From IMG/VR virus record IMGVR_UViG_3300029705_000041: DNA of 64,000 nt; one strand, written 5' to 3'. The stretch is from a virus. Taxonomy: Duplodnaviria > Caudoviricetes. A program made the position numbers and the translations under genes. Shown here one piece after another: positions 37,418-48,215 of this stretch (the first letter of the stretch is position 1; each line of letters starts with the position of its first letter). The notes under the pieces were generated by a model. It had not been told where the DNA came from and did no database searches. It was given only the letters and a program-made list of their open reading frames with translations.

Positions 37418-40012
37418 ATGAGAGGTTTAACAAAAAACGAGGTACTTGATAGCAGACGAAGATACGGAAGCAATAAGTTACCAGAACCAAAACAGAAGAA
37501 ATGGTATGATTTCGCAAAAGAAGCATTAAGCGAAAAAATTACACTTATCTTAATTGCAATTGCAGCACTTCAACTTGTCCTTGCATTTGTTGGAGTTATG
37601 GAATGCTCTGAACCGATTATGATTATGTTGGTGTTAGGTATTGTAACTAGCATTGCAATCAGAACAGGATTAGGTGTTCAGAAGTCAGCAACAGAATTAA
37701 GAATGAAAACCGCTGTGCGATATTGTGATGTTATACGAGATGGCGAAGTGCAGACAATAAATAAAGATGAAATTGTTGTCGGAGATATTGTTTGTATAGG
37801 AATGGGTCAAGAGATTTTTGCTGATGGCTACATTATCGAAGGTAAGGTAAGTGTTAATAATGCAGCTATTAATGGTGAAACAAAAGAATGCAGAAAAACA
37901 CCGGTTGAAAATTATGTACATCAGAAAACAACTTCAACAGATGCATATACAAACCAAAACTGTCTTTTTGCCGGAACAAGCATTATGTCTGGCGAAGGAA
38001 AAATGATTGTTACAGATGTTGGTGTTAATACAGTGAACGGTGATACTCTTGTAAAAATGCAGACACTTGAAGCACCAAAAACAGCTCTTGATATAGCTCT
38101 TGACAATTTAAGTGAGTTCATTTCAAAGTGGGGAACCATTGCCGCAGTTATTACATTCTTTGTTCTAACAATTTCCGGAATGCTTGAAGTTGGTATGGCA
38201 AAATACTTTACAGGTAATATCTTGAATATTGTTCAGAAACTTGCTTCAAACTTTTCTGTTGCATTAACAATTATTGTTGCAGCAGTGCCGGAAGGATTAC
38301 CACTAATTGTAAAACTAGTAACAAAGCAGAATGTAAAAACTATGGAGAAGTCGAATATTTTGGCGAAAAATCCTGGTAAAATTCCTGAACTTGCTTATGT
38401 AAATCTGATTTGTACAGATAAAACAGGTACTCTTACTACAGGCATTATGTCTCCAAGAACAATTGTAGATTATTCAGGAAATGAAGTTCAGAGAGATACT
38501 GCTCTATTTGCAGAACTAAAGAAGAATATTGTATTGAATAACAGTGCAGTATTTGATTCGGATAATAAGATTACAGGCGGTAACTCTATTGACAGAGCTG
38601 TACTATCATTGGTTTTGCCCGCAGAAGCAAAAGATATTTCTGCTGATAATACATTGCTTGATAAGCAAGTATTTAACAGTATTAATAAATATTCTGCGTT
38701 TACAACCAGTGATAAGATTACATATTATAAGGGCGCTCCAGAAAAGATTATCGAATCTTGTGCTACAGCAATGTTAGCTGATGGAACGGTAGTTGATTTC
38801 AATGATAAGGAAGTGCTTAACAATAAGATTAAAGAGTTTACAACTAATTCCATTAGATGTATTGCTTTAGCGGTAGCTAATGAATGTTTGGTTGAAAATG
38901 AACTTCCTACAAATATGACACTTTTAGGAATCATAGGCGTTGTTGACCCGATTAGACCGGAAGTGCCAGAAGCAGTAAGAGTTGCAAACAAAGCAGGAAT
39001 CCAAGTAATTGAAATTACCGGTGACTGTATTGAAACAGCAATTGCAGTTGCAAAAGAATGCGGTATTTACAAAGATGGCGATATTGCTCTTACAAATGAA
39101 AAATTTGAAAAAATGAGTGATGAAGAAGTAAAAGCAATAATTCCTGGATTAAGAGTTATTTCAAGATGTTCACCTAATACGAAATTAAGACTTGTTACTT
39201 TGGCACAAGAAATTGGAATGTCTGTAGCAATGACAGGTGATGGAGTTAATGACTCTCCGGCATTAAAGAGAGCCGATGTAGGTTTTGGTATGCAGAGCGG
39301 CAGTGATGTCGCAAAAGAAGCATCAGACATCATTCTTACAGATGATAACTTTGCATCTGTTGTGAAAGCTGTTGAACTCGGAAGAACATTTATGCACAAT
39401 ATCATGATGTTCCTCGAATTCCAGTTACCAATAAATATATCGTTACTTATTTTGAGTATGGTTTATCCTATGTTTGCTGCCGGTTCAATTTTGGCATCAG
39501 TTCAGATTCTTATTGTAAATATTATCATGGATTCCTTAAATTCATTGTCATTCGGTGGAGAACCACCTAAAGATGAATATATGGATGAAAAACCGATTAA
39601 AAAGGGTTCAGGATTATTTATTCGTGGTGCAAAAGGTAAAATTGCAGTAAGCACTATTACATTTATTCTTGCTTATGCAATTCTGATATTTGCTATTCCT
39701 GATAAGTTTTTTGCAAATGAAACAAGTGCTTTGACAGCTCGATTTGCGTTGCTTTGTTTCATGGCAACATTGAATGGTTTTAATATTAGAACCGAACATA
39801 TTAATTTGTTTACAGGATTAAATAAAAATAAATTGTTTGTAAAGATTGCAATTGGTATTTTTGTAGGAGTAATTCTTACTTGTACTTTTGCAGGAAATCT
39901 TGTAAAGGTTTGTCCATTAGATATTACACAGTGGATTATAATTATGGTCTTATCATTAATTGTAATTCCTGTTGATAGTATAAGAAAAATTATAACAAAT
40001 AAAAGGAGATAA
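37418..40012 (+). CDS. P-type (Ca2+-translocating-like) ATPase
   Basis: VPEGL, DKTGT, KGAPE, TGD, GDGVND; TGES replaced by NGET. Confidence 0.92.
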   Translation: MRGLTKNEVLDSRRRYGSNKLPEPKQKKWYDFAKEALSEKITLILIAIAALQLVLAFVGVMECSEPIMIMLVLGIVTSIAIRTGLGVQKSATELRMKTAVRYCDVIRDGEVQTINKDEIVVGDIVCIGMGQEIFADGYIIEGKVSVNNAAINGETKECRKTPVENYVHQKTTSTDAYTNQNCLFAGTSIMSGEGKMIVTDVGVNTVNGDTLVKMQTLEAPKTALDIALDNLSEFISKWGTIAAVITFFVLTISGMLEVGMAKYFTGNILNIVQKLASNFSVALTIIVAAVPEGLPLIVKLVTKQNVKTMEKSNILAKNPGKIPELAYVNLICTDKTGTLTTGIMSPRTIVDYSGNEVQRDTALFAELKKNIVLNNSAVFDSDNKITGGNSIDRAVLSLVLPAEAKDISADNTLLDKQVFNSINKYSAFTTSDKITYYKGAPEKIIESCATAMLADGTVVDFNDKEVLNNKIKEFTTNSIRCIALAVANECLVENELPTNMTLLGIIGVVDPIRPEVPEAVRVANKAGIQVIEITGDCIETAIAVAKECGIYKDGDIALTNEKFEKMSDEEVKAIIPGLRVISRCSPNTKLRLVTLAQEIGMSVAMTGDGVNDSPALKRADVGFGMQSGSDVAKEASDIILTDDNFASVVKAVELGRTFMHNIMMFLEFQLPINISLLILSMVYPMFAAGSILASVQILIVNIIMDSLNSLSFGGEPPKDEYMDEKPIKKGSGLFIRGAKGKIAVSTITFILAYAILIFAIPDKFFANETSALTARFALLCFMATLNGFNIRTEHINLFTGLNKNKLFVKIAIGIFVGVILTCTFAGNLVKVCPLDITQWIIIMVLSLIVIPVDSIRKIITNKRR

Positions 40013-40018
40013 AGGAAT

Positions 40019-40597
40019 ATGTCAATTAGTTTAGTAAAAGGTCAGAAAATTGATTTGACAAAAGGAAACGGTGGTCTCAATAGCGTTGTTTTTGGATTAG
40101 GTTGGGACACCAACAAATACGATGGAGATAATGATTTTGATTTAGATGTTTCTGTTTTCTTGACGGATGCAACAGGAAAAGTAACTGGAGAGCAGGATTT
40201 CATCTTCTATAATCAGACTTCACATCCAAGTGGTGCAGTGGTTTATTCGGGCGATAATAGAAATGGTGAAGGTGCCGGAGATGACGAAACAATGAAAGTT
40301 GACTTATCGAAAGTTCCTACAAATATCGAAAAGATTAGTTTTGTTGCGACAATTCATGAAGCAGAAGCAAGATTGCAGAATTTTGGCATGGTTGATAATT
40401 CTTATATTCGTGCATATAACACAGATACAAATGAAGAATTGTTTAAGTACGAATTGAATGAAGATTTTTCATTAGAAACAGGTATTATTGCAGGAGAACT
40501 TTACAGACATAATGGCGAATGGAAGTTTGCAGCTGTAGGTTCTGGTTATGCTGGTGGCTTAACCACTATAGCACGTAATTTTGGTTTAAATATTTAA
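40019..40597 (+). CDS. terD: TerD family protein
   Basis: GLGWD, DLDVS, GDNRNGEGAGDDE. Confidence 0.9.
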   Translation: MSISLVKGQKIDLTKGNGGLNSVVFGLGWDTNKYDGDNDFDLDVSVFLTDATGKVTGEQDFIFYNQTSHPSGAVVYSGDNRNGEGAGDDETMKVDLSKVPTNIEKISFVATIHEAEARLQNFGMVDNSYIRAYNTDTNEELFKYELNEDFSLETGIIAGELYRHNGEWKFAAVGSGYAGGLTTIARNFGLNI

Positions 40598-40615
40598 TTT
40601 TAGGAGGATAAAAAT

Positions 40616-41188
40616 ATGTCAATTAGTTTATCAAAGGGTCAGAAGATTAGTTTATCAAAAGAGGTTGAAGGTTTAAGTAAGGTTGTTGTTGGTCTTGGTT
40701 GGGATGCTGCAAAGAAAGGTCTTTTTGGTGGACAGCATAATATCGACTGCGATGCATCAGCGATTATTCTTGACAATGAGGGTAAGTATGTAGATTGCGT
40801 TTATTATGGCAATACTTCTTCGGTTTCCGGCAATGTATTCCATCACGGCGATAATCTCACAGGAGATGGTGACGGAGACGATGAACAGATTACAGTAAAT
40901 CTCGCAAATATGCCATCAAATGTAGGCAAGATTGTATTTGTTGTTAATATTTATGCTTGTGAATCCAGAAAGCAAGATTTCGGAATGATTCAGAACGCAT
41001 TTATCAGACTTGTTGATTCTTCAAGTAGCAAAGAAATTTGTAAGTATAATCTTTCTGAAAATTATGACGGTAAGACAGCTATGATTTTTGCGGAAGTTTA
41101 TAAGCATGATAATGAGTGGAAATTCAATGCTATCGGTCAGGGAACAGTAGATAAGAGCATTTCTGAACTCACAAAGAGATATAAATAA
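40616..41188 (+). CDS. TerD/TerZ family protein
   Basis: GLGWD, DCDAS, GDNLTGDGDGDDE. Confidence 0.9.
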   Translation: MSISLSKGQKISLSKEVEGLSKVVVGLGWDAAKKGLFGGQHNIDCDASAIILDNEGKYVDCVYYGNTSSVSGNVFHHGDNLTGDGDGDDEQITVNLANMPSNVGKIVFVVNIYACESRKQDFGMIQNAFIRLVDSSSSKEICKYNLSENYDGKTAMIFAEVYKHDNEWKFNAIGQGTVDKSISELTKRYK

Positions 41189-41202
41189 GGAGGAAACTAG
41201 AT

Positions 41203-41784
41203 ATGTCAGTAATGTTAAGTAAAGGTGAAAAGGTAGATTTAACCAAGAATAATCCTACTCTTAGTAAAATAAGAGTAGGTCTTGGCTGGGACACAAATCA
41301 GTATGATGGCGAAGCAGATTTTGACTTAGATGCTTCTGTATTTATGCTGAAAGCAAACGGCAAAGTTGGCAGTGATAAGGATTTTGTATTCTATGGTAAT
41401 TTAGCTCATCCAAGCCAGAGTGTTGTACATACCGGAGATAATAGAACCGGAGAAGGAGACGGAGACGATGAAACAATTAAGGTTGAATTGTCAAAAGTTC
41501 CTGCGGATTATGAAAAGCTTGTTGTAGTGGTTACTATTTATGATGCAGATAAGAGATTGCAGAATTTTGGTATGGTATCAAACGCTTATATTCGTTTAAT
41601 TGACGAAAATAACGGAGAAGAAATTTTACGTTACGATTTGAGCGAAGATTTCTCAACACAGACAGCACTTGTTATTGGTGAAATTTATAAGCATGGCAAC
41701 GATTGGAAATTTAACGCAGTTGGCAGCGGCTATAATGGTGGTTTAGCGCAGTTGTGTTCAGCATACGGTATCGAAGCAAACTAA
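41203..41784 (+). CDS. terD: TerD family protein
   Basis: GLGWD, DLDAS, GDNRTGEGDGDDE. Confidence 0.9.
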   Translation: MSVMLSKGEKVDLTKNNPTLSKIRVGLGWDTNQYDGEADFDLDASVFMLKANGKVGSDKDFVFYGNLAHPSQSVVHTGDNRTGEGDGDDETIKVELSKVPADYEKLVVVVTIYDADKRLQNFGMVSNAYIRLIDENNGEEILRYDLSEDFSTQTALVIGEIYKHGNDWKFNAVGSGYNGGLAQLCSAYGIEAN

Positions 41785-41797
41785 GAGGGGGATTAAT

Positions 41798-42550
41798 ATG
41801 ACAAACTTTATGTTTTTCGTTATTGTCCTGATTGCGGTAATTATTCTTATTCTTTTGCTTAATAAACCATTTCGTCAGCAGTTACTTGTCAAGTTTCGTG
41901 GACGAACAGATGAAATGATGAGACAGGATGCATCTACTCCTGAAGGTGCAAAAGACTATTATAATGCAGCAATTAGAGAAAAAGAAGATTTTTACAATAA
42001 GGCTTCTGCTACATATGCAGAAATCTCCGGTAAGTTAGATTCTACAGAAAAAGACTTATATCAAGCTAATAAAGATATTATGAAAGTCACACAACAGCTT
42101 AATCAGTGTATCGACAATAATAATGATGAAGATGCGATGACTTATGCAATGAAGAAAACAACGCTTGAAAATAAAGTCGAAGTTCTTAAAGAAACAATTG
42201 TTGAAATTAAAGAAGCTCAAAAGCATCAAAAAGAAGTTCGTGACCAGGCTGCTTCTGACTTACAAAAACTTAGAGAAGAAAAAGAAAGAGTAGTTTTCCA
42301 ACTTGAAGCAGATAGTCAGATAATTGAACTCCATCAGTCGTTGGATAGTATTGCTGCAAACAACGAAAGTGACAGAATGCTTGAAAGAGTAAGAGAGGGT
42401 GCAAAAAAGGCAAGAGAAAAAGCTGAAGGTAGCAGAATTGCTTATGAAACAAGTTCACAAGCGGCAGACCGTAGACTTGCAAGAGAAGAAAGAGATAGAG
42501 AGGCACGCCGCATGGTAGAAGAACTAAAGAGACAGAGAGGTAAACAATGA
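41798..42550 (+). CDS. membrane-anchored coiled-coil protein (PspA/IM30-like)
   Basis: N-terminal TM, long coiled coil. Confidence 0.6.
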   Translation: MTNFMFFVIVLIAVIILILLLNKPFRQQLLVKFRGRTDEMMRQDASTPEGAKDYYNAAIREKEDFYNKASATYAEISGKLDSTEKDLYQANKDIMKVTQQLNQCIDNNNDEDAMTYAMKKTTLENKVEVLKETIVEIKEAQKHQKEVRDQAASDLQKLREEKERVVFQLEADSQIIELHQSLDSIAANNESDRMLERVREGAKKAREKAEGSRIAYETSSQAADRRLAREERDREARRMVEELKRQRGKQ

Positions 42551-42687
42551 TAGTATTAAAAATATCCACACTATTAATTGTAATCGCAATTTCTCTTGTT
42601 GGCGGCTATTTAGCCGGAAGATATTTCTCTATTGTAGATTATTTTAGAAATAAAAAGAAAAAGAAAAATAATAGAGATGATTCTTAA
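42547..42687 (+). CDS. small membrane peptide
   Basis: 46-aa hydrophobic ORF coupled to upstream stop. Confidence 0.5.
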   Translation: MIVLKISTLLIVIAISLVGGYLAGRYFSIVDYFRNKKKKKNNRDDS

Positions 42688-42705
42688 ACAAAAGGGTGAT
42701 TAGCT

Positions 42706-43809
42706 ATTAATAACATTGCAATAATTGATGCCGATTTAATTGGCAAAAAGAATCATAGATTTCCTAATTTAGCTTGCATGAAATTAAGCGCTTATCACAA
42801 AGAAAATGGAGATAAAGTTTGTTTGTTGTTAGAATATAAAAATATTGAACAATATGATAAAGTTTATATTTCCAAGGTTTTTACAGATACTACTGTGCCT
42901 TCAGAAGTATTACAAATGAAGAATGTACAATATGGAGGCACAGGTTTCTTCTATGATAAAGCTCCGGCTCTTTCGGGGGATATTGAGCATCATATGCCTG
43001 ACTATCATTTATATGATGAATGGGTAAATGAACAAATTTCAAATGGTGTCAATCGTAACAATTTTAAATATTATTTGGATTATTCAATAGGTTTTATGAC
43101 AAGAGGTTGTTTTAGACAATGTGAATTCTGTGTCAACAAAAATTATAAAAAAGTTAATGTACATAGTCCATTACAAGAATTTGTTGATAATTCAAGAAAA
43201 AAGATTTGTTTGTTGGATGATAATTTTCTGGGTTGTCCGCAATGGAAAGTTATGCTTAAAGAACTTCAAGCAACAAACAAACCATTTCAATTTAAACAAG
43301 GTTTAGATGAAAGATTGTTGACTGACGAAAAATGTGAAATTTTATTCAAAAGTAAATATGATGGAGATTATATTTTCGCTTTTGATAACATTGCAGATTA
43401 TGACCTTATTGAAAAGAAGTTGATGTTGTTACGAAAGTACACCAATCGAATGCCGAAATTTTATACTTTGTGTGCATTTGACAGAAGTAATAAATGGGAT
43501 ATAGAGTTTTGGAAACAAGATTTGTGGGATTTGTTTAAAAGAATTGAATTACTTATGCGCTATAAATGTTTGCCATATGTAATGCGGTTCAATAGATATG
43601 AAGAATCTCCGTATAGAGGAACATATATAAATGTTGCTGCCTGGTGTAATCAACCAAATGCTTTTAAAAAGAAATCATATAGAGAATTTGTTGAATATCA
43701 GCAATCACGTCACAAAAAAGAATGTGCCGAGACAAGATATTTAAAAATGGTTGAAAATGATATTCCGGAGTTAGCAGAAAAATATTTTAACATGAAATAT
43801 GAGGAATAA
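42706..43809 (+). CDS. radical SAM-like protein (probable ATT start)
   Basis: CFRQCEFC; IAIIDADLIG..FPNLACMK extends upstream of the first ATG. Confidence 0.75.
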   Translation: MNNIAIIDADLIGKKNHRFPNLACMKLSAYHKENGDKVCLLLEYKNIEQYDKVYISKVFTDTTVPSEVLQMKNVQYGGTGFFYDKAPALSGDIEHHMPDYHLYDEWVNEQISNGVNRNNFKYYLDYSIGFMTRGCFRQCEFCVNKNYKKVNVHSPLQEFVDNSRKKICLLDDNFLGCPQWKVMLKELQATNKPFQFKQGLDERLLTDEKCEILFKSKYDGDYIFAFDNIADYDLIEKKLMLLRKYTNRMPKFYTLCAFDRSNKWDIEFWKQDLWDLFKRIELLMRYKCLPYVMRFNRYEESPYRGTYINVAAWCNQPNAFKKKSYREFVEYQQSRHKKECAETRYLKMVENDIPELAEKYFNMKYEE

Positions 43810-43812
43810 TAA

Positions 43813-44013
43813 ATGGAAGTAATTAAAGAACCGTCTTGCGTGGTTAAGTGTCCACAATGCAATTGTGAGTTTAAATTTGGAAAAGAAGATATTTATAATG
43901 CAACCGGCGGATGCAGAAAGGGCAACCCAATAAACCCTCATAAAGCTGTTCATTGTCCGTTTTGTGATACAAAAATAGCAATATGGGGAACAGATAAGAA
44001 AGTGAGAAGTTGA
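43813..44013 (+). CDS. zinc-ribbon protein
   Basis: CPQC...CPFC. Confidence 0.6.
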   Translation: MEVIKEPSCVVKCPQCNCEFKFGKEDIYNATGGCRKGNPINPHKAVHCPFCDTKIAIWGTDKKVRS

Positions 44014-44016
44014 AAA

Positions 44017-45051
44017 ATGATAAAAAGTGGTAATAAAATCAGTGTTTTATCATCAGCAAACAGAGGTTTAAGAAGTATGCTGGGAATTCGTGAAGATGCA
44101 TCAAATTTCAAAAATCCAGCAATTACTGTATTAGTAGGATTGCCAGCAAGCGGAAAATCTACAATTGCTGAAAAACTTGAAAATAAAAACACAGTCATTC
44201 ATTCATCTGATAAATTAAGAGAAGAATTATATGGCGATGAAAACACCCAGGAACATAATGCAGACTTATTTGTTGAGTTGCACAGAAGAATAAAAGAAGA
44301 TTTAAGAAATGGTAAAAATGTAATTTATGATGCAACCAACATTAATAAGAAACGAAGAATTGCTTTTCTTGGAGAATTAAAAAATATACCATGCAAAAAA
44401 GTATGTATATGTATGATGACACCATATGAATTATGTTTAAAATACAATTCTTCAAGAGAAAGAAAAGTTCCGGAAGAAGTAATAAAAAGAATGTATATGA
44501 ATTGGAATCCACCATCAATGCAAGAGGGTTTTGACGAGATACATTATCATTATAACTACGGTGAAAACCATGAAACCGTTAAATATAGATACAGATTAAC
44601 TACATTATTTGAGGGAGATTGTGGAATTGATAATTTTCCACAGGAAAATAGCCATCACACATTAACTCTTGGAATGCATTGTAGGCAAGCAAATGAGTAT
44701 GTAGTAGAGCATTTTCCTTCAGAAAGATTATTACATATTGCAACACTTTTGCACGATAACGGTAAAGTCTTTACTAAAACTAAATTAAATGCAAAAGGTG
44801 AAGAAGATGGCGAATGTCATTATTATCAACATCATTGTGTAGGAGCTTATGACTCATTATTTTACACTAATGAGATGAAATTAAGTGAAGAAGATAAGAC
44901 ATATATCGCTAATTTAATATACTTTCATATGCATCCCTTTACATCCTGGCACCAATCCAAAAGTGTTGAAAGACGAAATAAAATTCAAATTGGCGATGAA
45001 ATGTATGATGATATAATGCGTTTACATGAAGCTGATTTAGCTGCACATTAG
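44017..45051 (+). CDS. polynucleotide kinase (AAA_33) + HD phosphoesterase
   Basis: GLPASGKST, SSD..R, DATN; H..LLHDNGK..HH..HM..EAD. Confidence 0.85.
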   Translation: MIKSGNKISVLSSANRGLRSMLGIREDASNFKNPAITVLVGLPASGKSTIAEKLENKNTVIHSSDKLREELYGDENTQEHNADLFVELHRRIKEDLRNGKNVIYDATNINKKRRIAFLGELKNIPCKKVCICMMTPYELCLKYNSSRERKVPEEVIKRMYMNWNPPSMQEGFDEIHYHYNYGENHETVKYRYRLTTLFEGDCGIDNFPQENSHHTLTLGMHCRQANEYVVEHFPSERLLHIATLLHDNGKVFTKTKLNAKGEEDGECHYYQHHCVGAYDSLFYTNEMKLSEEDKTYIANLIYFHMHPFTSWHQSKSVERRNKIQIGDEMYDDIMRLHEADLAAH

Positions 45052-45064
45052 GAGTTTTTTGTAA

Positions 45065-45559
45065 TTGTTAAAGTATTACATAGTTACAGAACAAAGCAAA
45101 GTTTTTGAACAATACTGGAAGTATGATTCAACACTTAAATGCATTCAGAAAGCTTTTGGCAGCTTTGCAGATGAGCATGATATAAAGGCTAATAAGTTTC
45201 ATACATTAGCAGACCGATTATACATTGTGCCAGAAAAAGAGGATATTGAAAGATTTAGTCAAGACTTTGTGAAAAATAATGTAGGAATGTTCAAGAAGAA
45301 AACACTTCTTTCTAATAAATGGATTGAGAAGTGTAAAGCTGAAGGAATAAAAACTCCTAATAAACCATTTATTCCATTTGTTTTCAATTGTGCAGACCGA
45401 TGTTTGTGGCGATTGTTCGATGTTGATAGTGTTATTTATTGTACATTTGAAAGTGAAGCAAAATTTGTTGCACCTAAAGGATTTCAGGAAATAGATGAAA
45501 AAGAGTTTTATTCGATTATGGAATCTCATAATGTTGAAATTTTAAAGGAGATATATTGA
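45065..45559 (+). CDS. hypothetical protein
   Basis: TTG start with GGAG RBS. Confidence 0.6.
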   Translation: MLKYYIVTEQSKVFEQYWKYDSTLKCIQKAFGSFADEHDIKANKFHTLADRLYIVPEKEDIERFSQDFVKNNVGMFKKKTLLSNKWIEKCKAEGIKTPNKPFIPFVFNCADRCLWRLFDVDSVIYCTFESEAKFVAPKGFQEIDEKEFYSIMESHNVEILKEIY

Positions 45560-46316
45560 TGAGATATATTGCAAGTTGTAGTTTCGGTAAAGACTCTCTT
45601 GCAATGGTTCTCCGCCTGATTGAAGAATGTAAACCACTTGATGAGGTTGTATTTTATGATACCGGAATGGAATTCGGTGCAATATATAATAATCTCAAAA
45701 AATTAAAAAACATTCTTGCTGAAAAGAATATTAAGTTAGTGATACTAAAACCAGAAGTAAGTTTTGAATATAAAGCTTTTGAAATTCCGGTAAAGAGCAG
45801 GAAAGGTCAAGGTTATCATTACGGCTATTCTTGGTGCGGGGGTGTTGTAGATGGGGAACTACCGATAAAATAAGAATTGTTGATAAATATTGTGAAAGTG
45901 AACCAACAAAAGTATATGTTGGTATTGCCATAGATGAACCTAAGAGAATAGAAAAGGAAAGAAAACCTTATAAAATATTTCCTTTGGTTGAATGGGGTAT
46001 GACGGAAAAAGATTGTTTGGAATACTGCCGCAATAACGGATGGGATTGGAAAGAAGAAACTCCAAATGGATATATTGACCTTTATGACATCTTAGACCGT
46101 GTTAGTTGCTGGTGTTGTTCAAATAAAAATCGTAAAGAGCTTAAAAATATTTATCTATATTTACCGTACTATTGGAATAAGTTAAAAGAATTTCAATCAA
46201 AAACTGAAAGACCTATGAAAAAATATTCTAAAAAAGGTATTTTATATGGAAATGTTTTTGATATGGAGAAAATATTTGAAATAGAAACAAAAAGAGAAAA
46301 AGGAAGCGTAATATGA
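45559..46316 (+). CDS. PAPS reductase-family (PP-loop) protein, -1 frameshift at G5 45838-45842
   Basis: SCSFGKDS, DTGMEF | WCGG-CCRWG, GIAIDE..R, RVSCWCC. Confidence 0.8.
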
Positions 46317-47172
46317 ATTATAAAAATCCATTCAATTATATTGGAGCAAAATTCAAGCTATTACCACAAATACTTCCTTTATTTCCTTCGCAAATCCAAA
46401 ATTTCATTGATTTGTTCGGGGGAGTGGCGAAGTTGCATTCAATGTAAATGCTCAAAAAGTTATTTACAATGAAAAAAGTGTTGCGATGGTTAATATGTTT
46501 GAATGTTTTGATGATAATTTTGTTAAAGAAGTTGAAGAAGTAATTTCAAAATGGAATCTTTCAAAAAATAACAAGGTAGAATTTTTAAAGCTAAGAGAAT
46601 ATTATAATGATAATCTTGATACTTTGTCGAATAGAGAAAAAGCTGTAATTCTATATTGTTTATTAACTCATGCGTTTAACTATCAAATTGCATTTAACTC
46701 TAAGGGCGAATATAATATGCCTTCAGGAGCCGGCAGGAGTTATTTTAGTCCACAATTAAAAAATAAATTAATTGACTACATAGCAAGAAAAAATGAAATA
46801 AATATAGTTTTTCAGAATAACGATTTCTGCGATATGGACATAAATAATCTTCCAGCAGCTAAAAACACTTTTATATATGCTGACCCACCTTATCTTATCA
46901 CTACAGGTGCTTATGAAAGAGATTATTTCTGTAAATGGTCAGAAGAATATGAGATTAAATTACTTGATTTTTTAGATAAACTTAATGATAAAGGTTATAG
47001 ATTTGCACTATCAAATGTTTTGGAACATAAAGGAAAATCAAATAATTTACTTAAAGATTGGTCAAAGAAATACATAACTCACTTTTTGAACAAGGATTAC
47101 AAAAATTGTAATTATCAGACAAAAGATAAGAGTGCCAATAGTAGTGTAGAAGTTTTGATTACAAATTATTAA
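46313..47172 (+). CDS. Dam-like DNA adenine methylase, -1 frameshift at G5 46418-46422
   Basis: NPFNYIGAKFKLLPQI, DLFGG|SGEV, YADPPY, EVLITNY. Confidence 0.85.
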
Positions 47173-47260
47173 TTAAAATAACACTTTTAGCGTTTCTAAT
47201 CGCTGCCAGATATGCTTTAAGTGATGACATAGATATTCTAAAAGAAAGGAAAAGACTGTT

Positions 47261-47533
47261 ATGCATTATTTCAAATTTGGCGAAGCTATTGAAAATTTAA
47301 AGAATGGCAAAGCTATGTCTCGACAGGGTTGGAATGGTAAAAATGCCTATATTTATTATATTCCGGCTAATAACTACAATGCTGAAACAGAAGTTGCTAA
47401 AGCAGAATTTGGTGATAAAGTTCCTTATGGTGCTTATATTGCCATGAAAACAACGCAAGGGAATGTTGTTCCTTGGGTAGCTTCACAAACAGATATTTTA
47501 GCAGAAGATTGGTTTATTGTCGATAAGAAATAA
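47261..47533 (+). CDS. DUF2829 / Tad2-like anti-defence sponge protein
   Basis: FGEAIE.LK.G...R.GWNGK...PWVASQTDILAEDW. Confidence 0.8.
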   Translation: MHYFKFGEAIENLKNGKAMSRQGWNGKNAYIYYIPANNYNAETEVAKAEFGDKVPYGAYIAMKTTQGNVVPWVASQTDILAEDWFIVDKK

Positions 47534-47563
47534 GACAGAAAAATTATTGAAAGGAGAATTATT

Positions 47564-48196
47564 TTGGCAGAAAAAAATATTTTTGAATCCCTTAATAATG
47601 TGGATTTAACAGAAAAAGTAAAATCAAAAAATAATCTTACATACTTACCATGGAGTTCTGCATGGTCAGAAGTAAAAAGACGTTATCCAGATGCAAATTT
47701 CAGAATTATTCCACAGGTAATTGATGAAGGTGGAAATACACGTCCTTGGCATGATGATGGTAAAACAGGTTGGGTAGAAGTAGGGGTTACAATTGACGGT
47801 CAGGAAATTATTGAAACTCTTGCAATTATGGACTTCAAGAATAAGTCTATTACAGCCGACCAGATTACATCTGTTGATGCAAATAAGTCAATTAAGCGTT
47901 GTCTGGTAAAAGCTTGTGCTATGCATGGTCTCGGCTTGTACATTTACGAGGGCGAAGAATTGCCGGAAGAAGCATCAAAGACATTAGAATTGCAGGATGA
48001 AATTAAAGAATTGATTTCTAAAAAATGTGCGCTTTCTGATAAAGCAAAAAGTAAAGTTGCTGATTTATGTAAGGCGGCAGAAAAAGAAGCTGACCCAACT
48101 TTAGATGATGATGCAATTACAGGCAATCCTAAGAATATCGAAGATGTTGACATCTTAACTAATTTAAAAAAGCAGCTTTTGGCTGTTAGAAAATAA
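47564..48196 (+). CDS. Sak/DUF1071 (Rad52-like) single-strand annealing protein
   Basis: LTYLPWS.AW, MDFKNK, KRCLVKA.AMHGLGLYIY.GE. Confidence 0.85.
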   Translation: MAEKNIFESLNNVDLTEKVKSKNNLTYLPWSSAWSEVKRRYPDANFRIIPQVIDEGGNTRPWHDDGKTGWVEVGVTIDGQEIIETLAIMDFKNKSITADQITSVDANKSIKRCLVKACAMHGLGLYIYEGEELPEEASKTLELQDEIKELISKKCALSDKAKSKVADLCKAAEKEADPTLDDDAITGNPKNIEDVDILTNLKKQLLAVRK

Positions 48197-48215
48197 GAAA
48201 AGGAGACTATTTATT

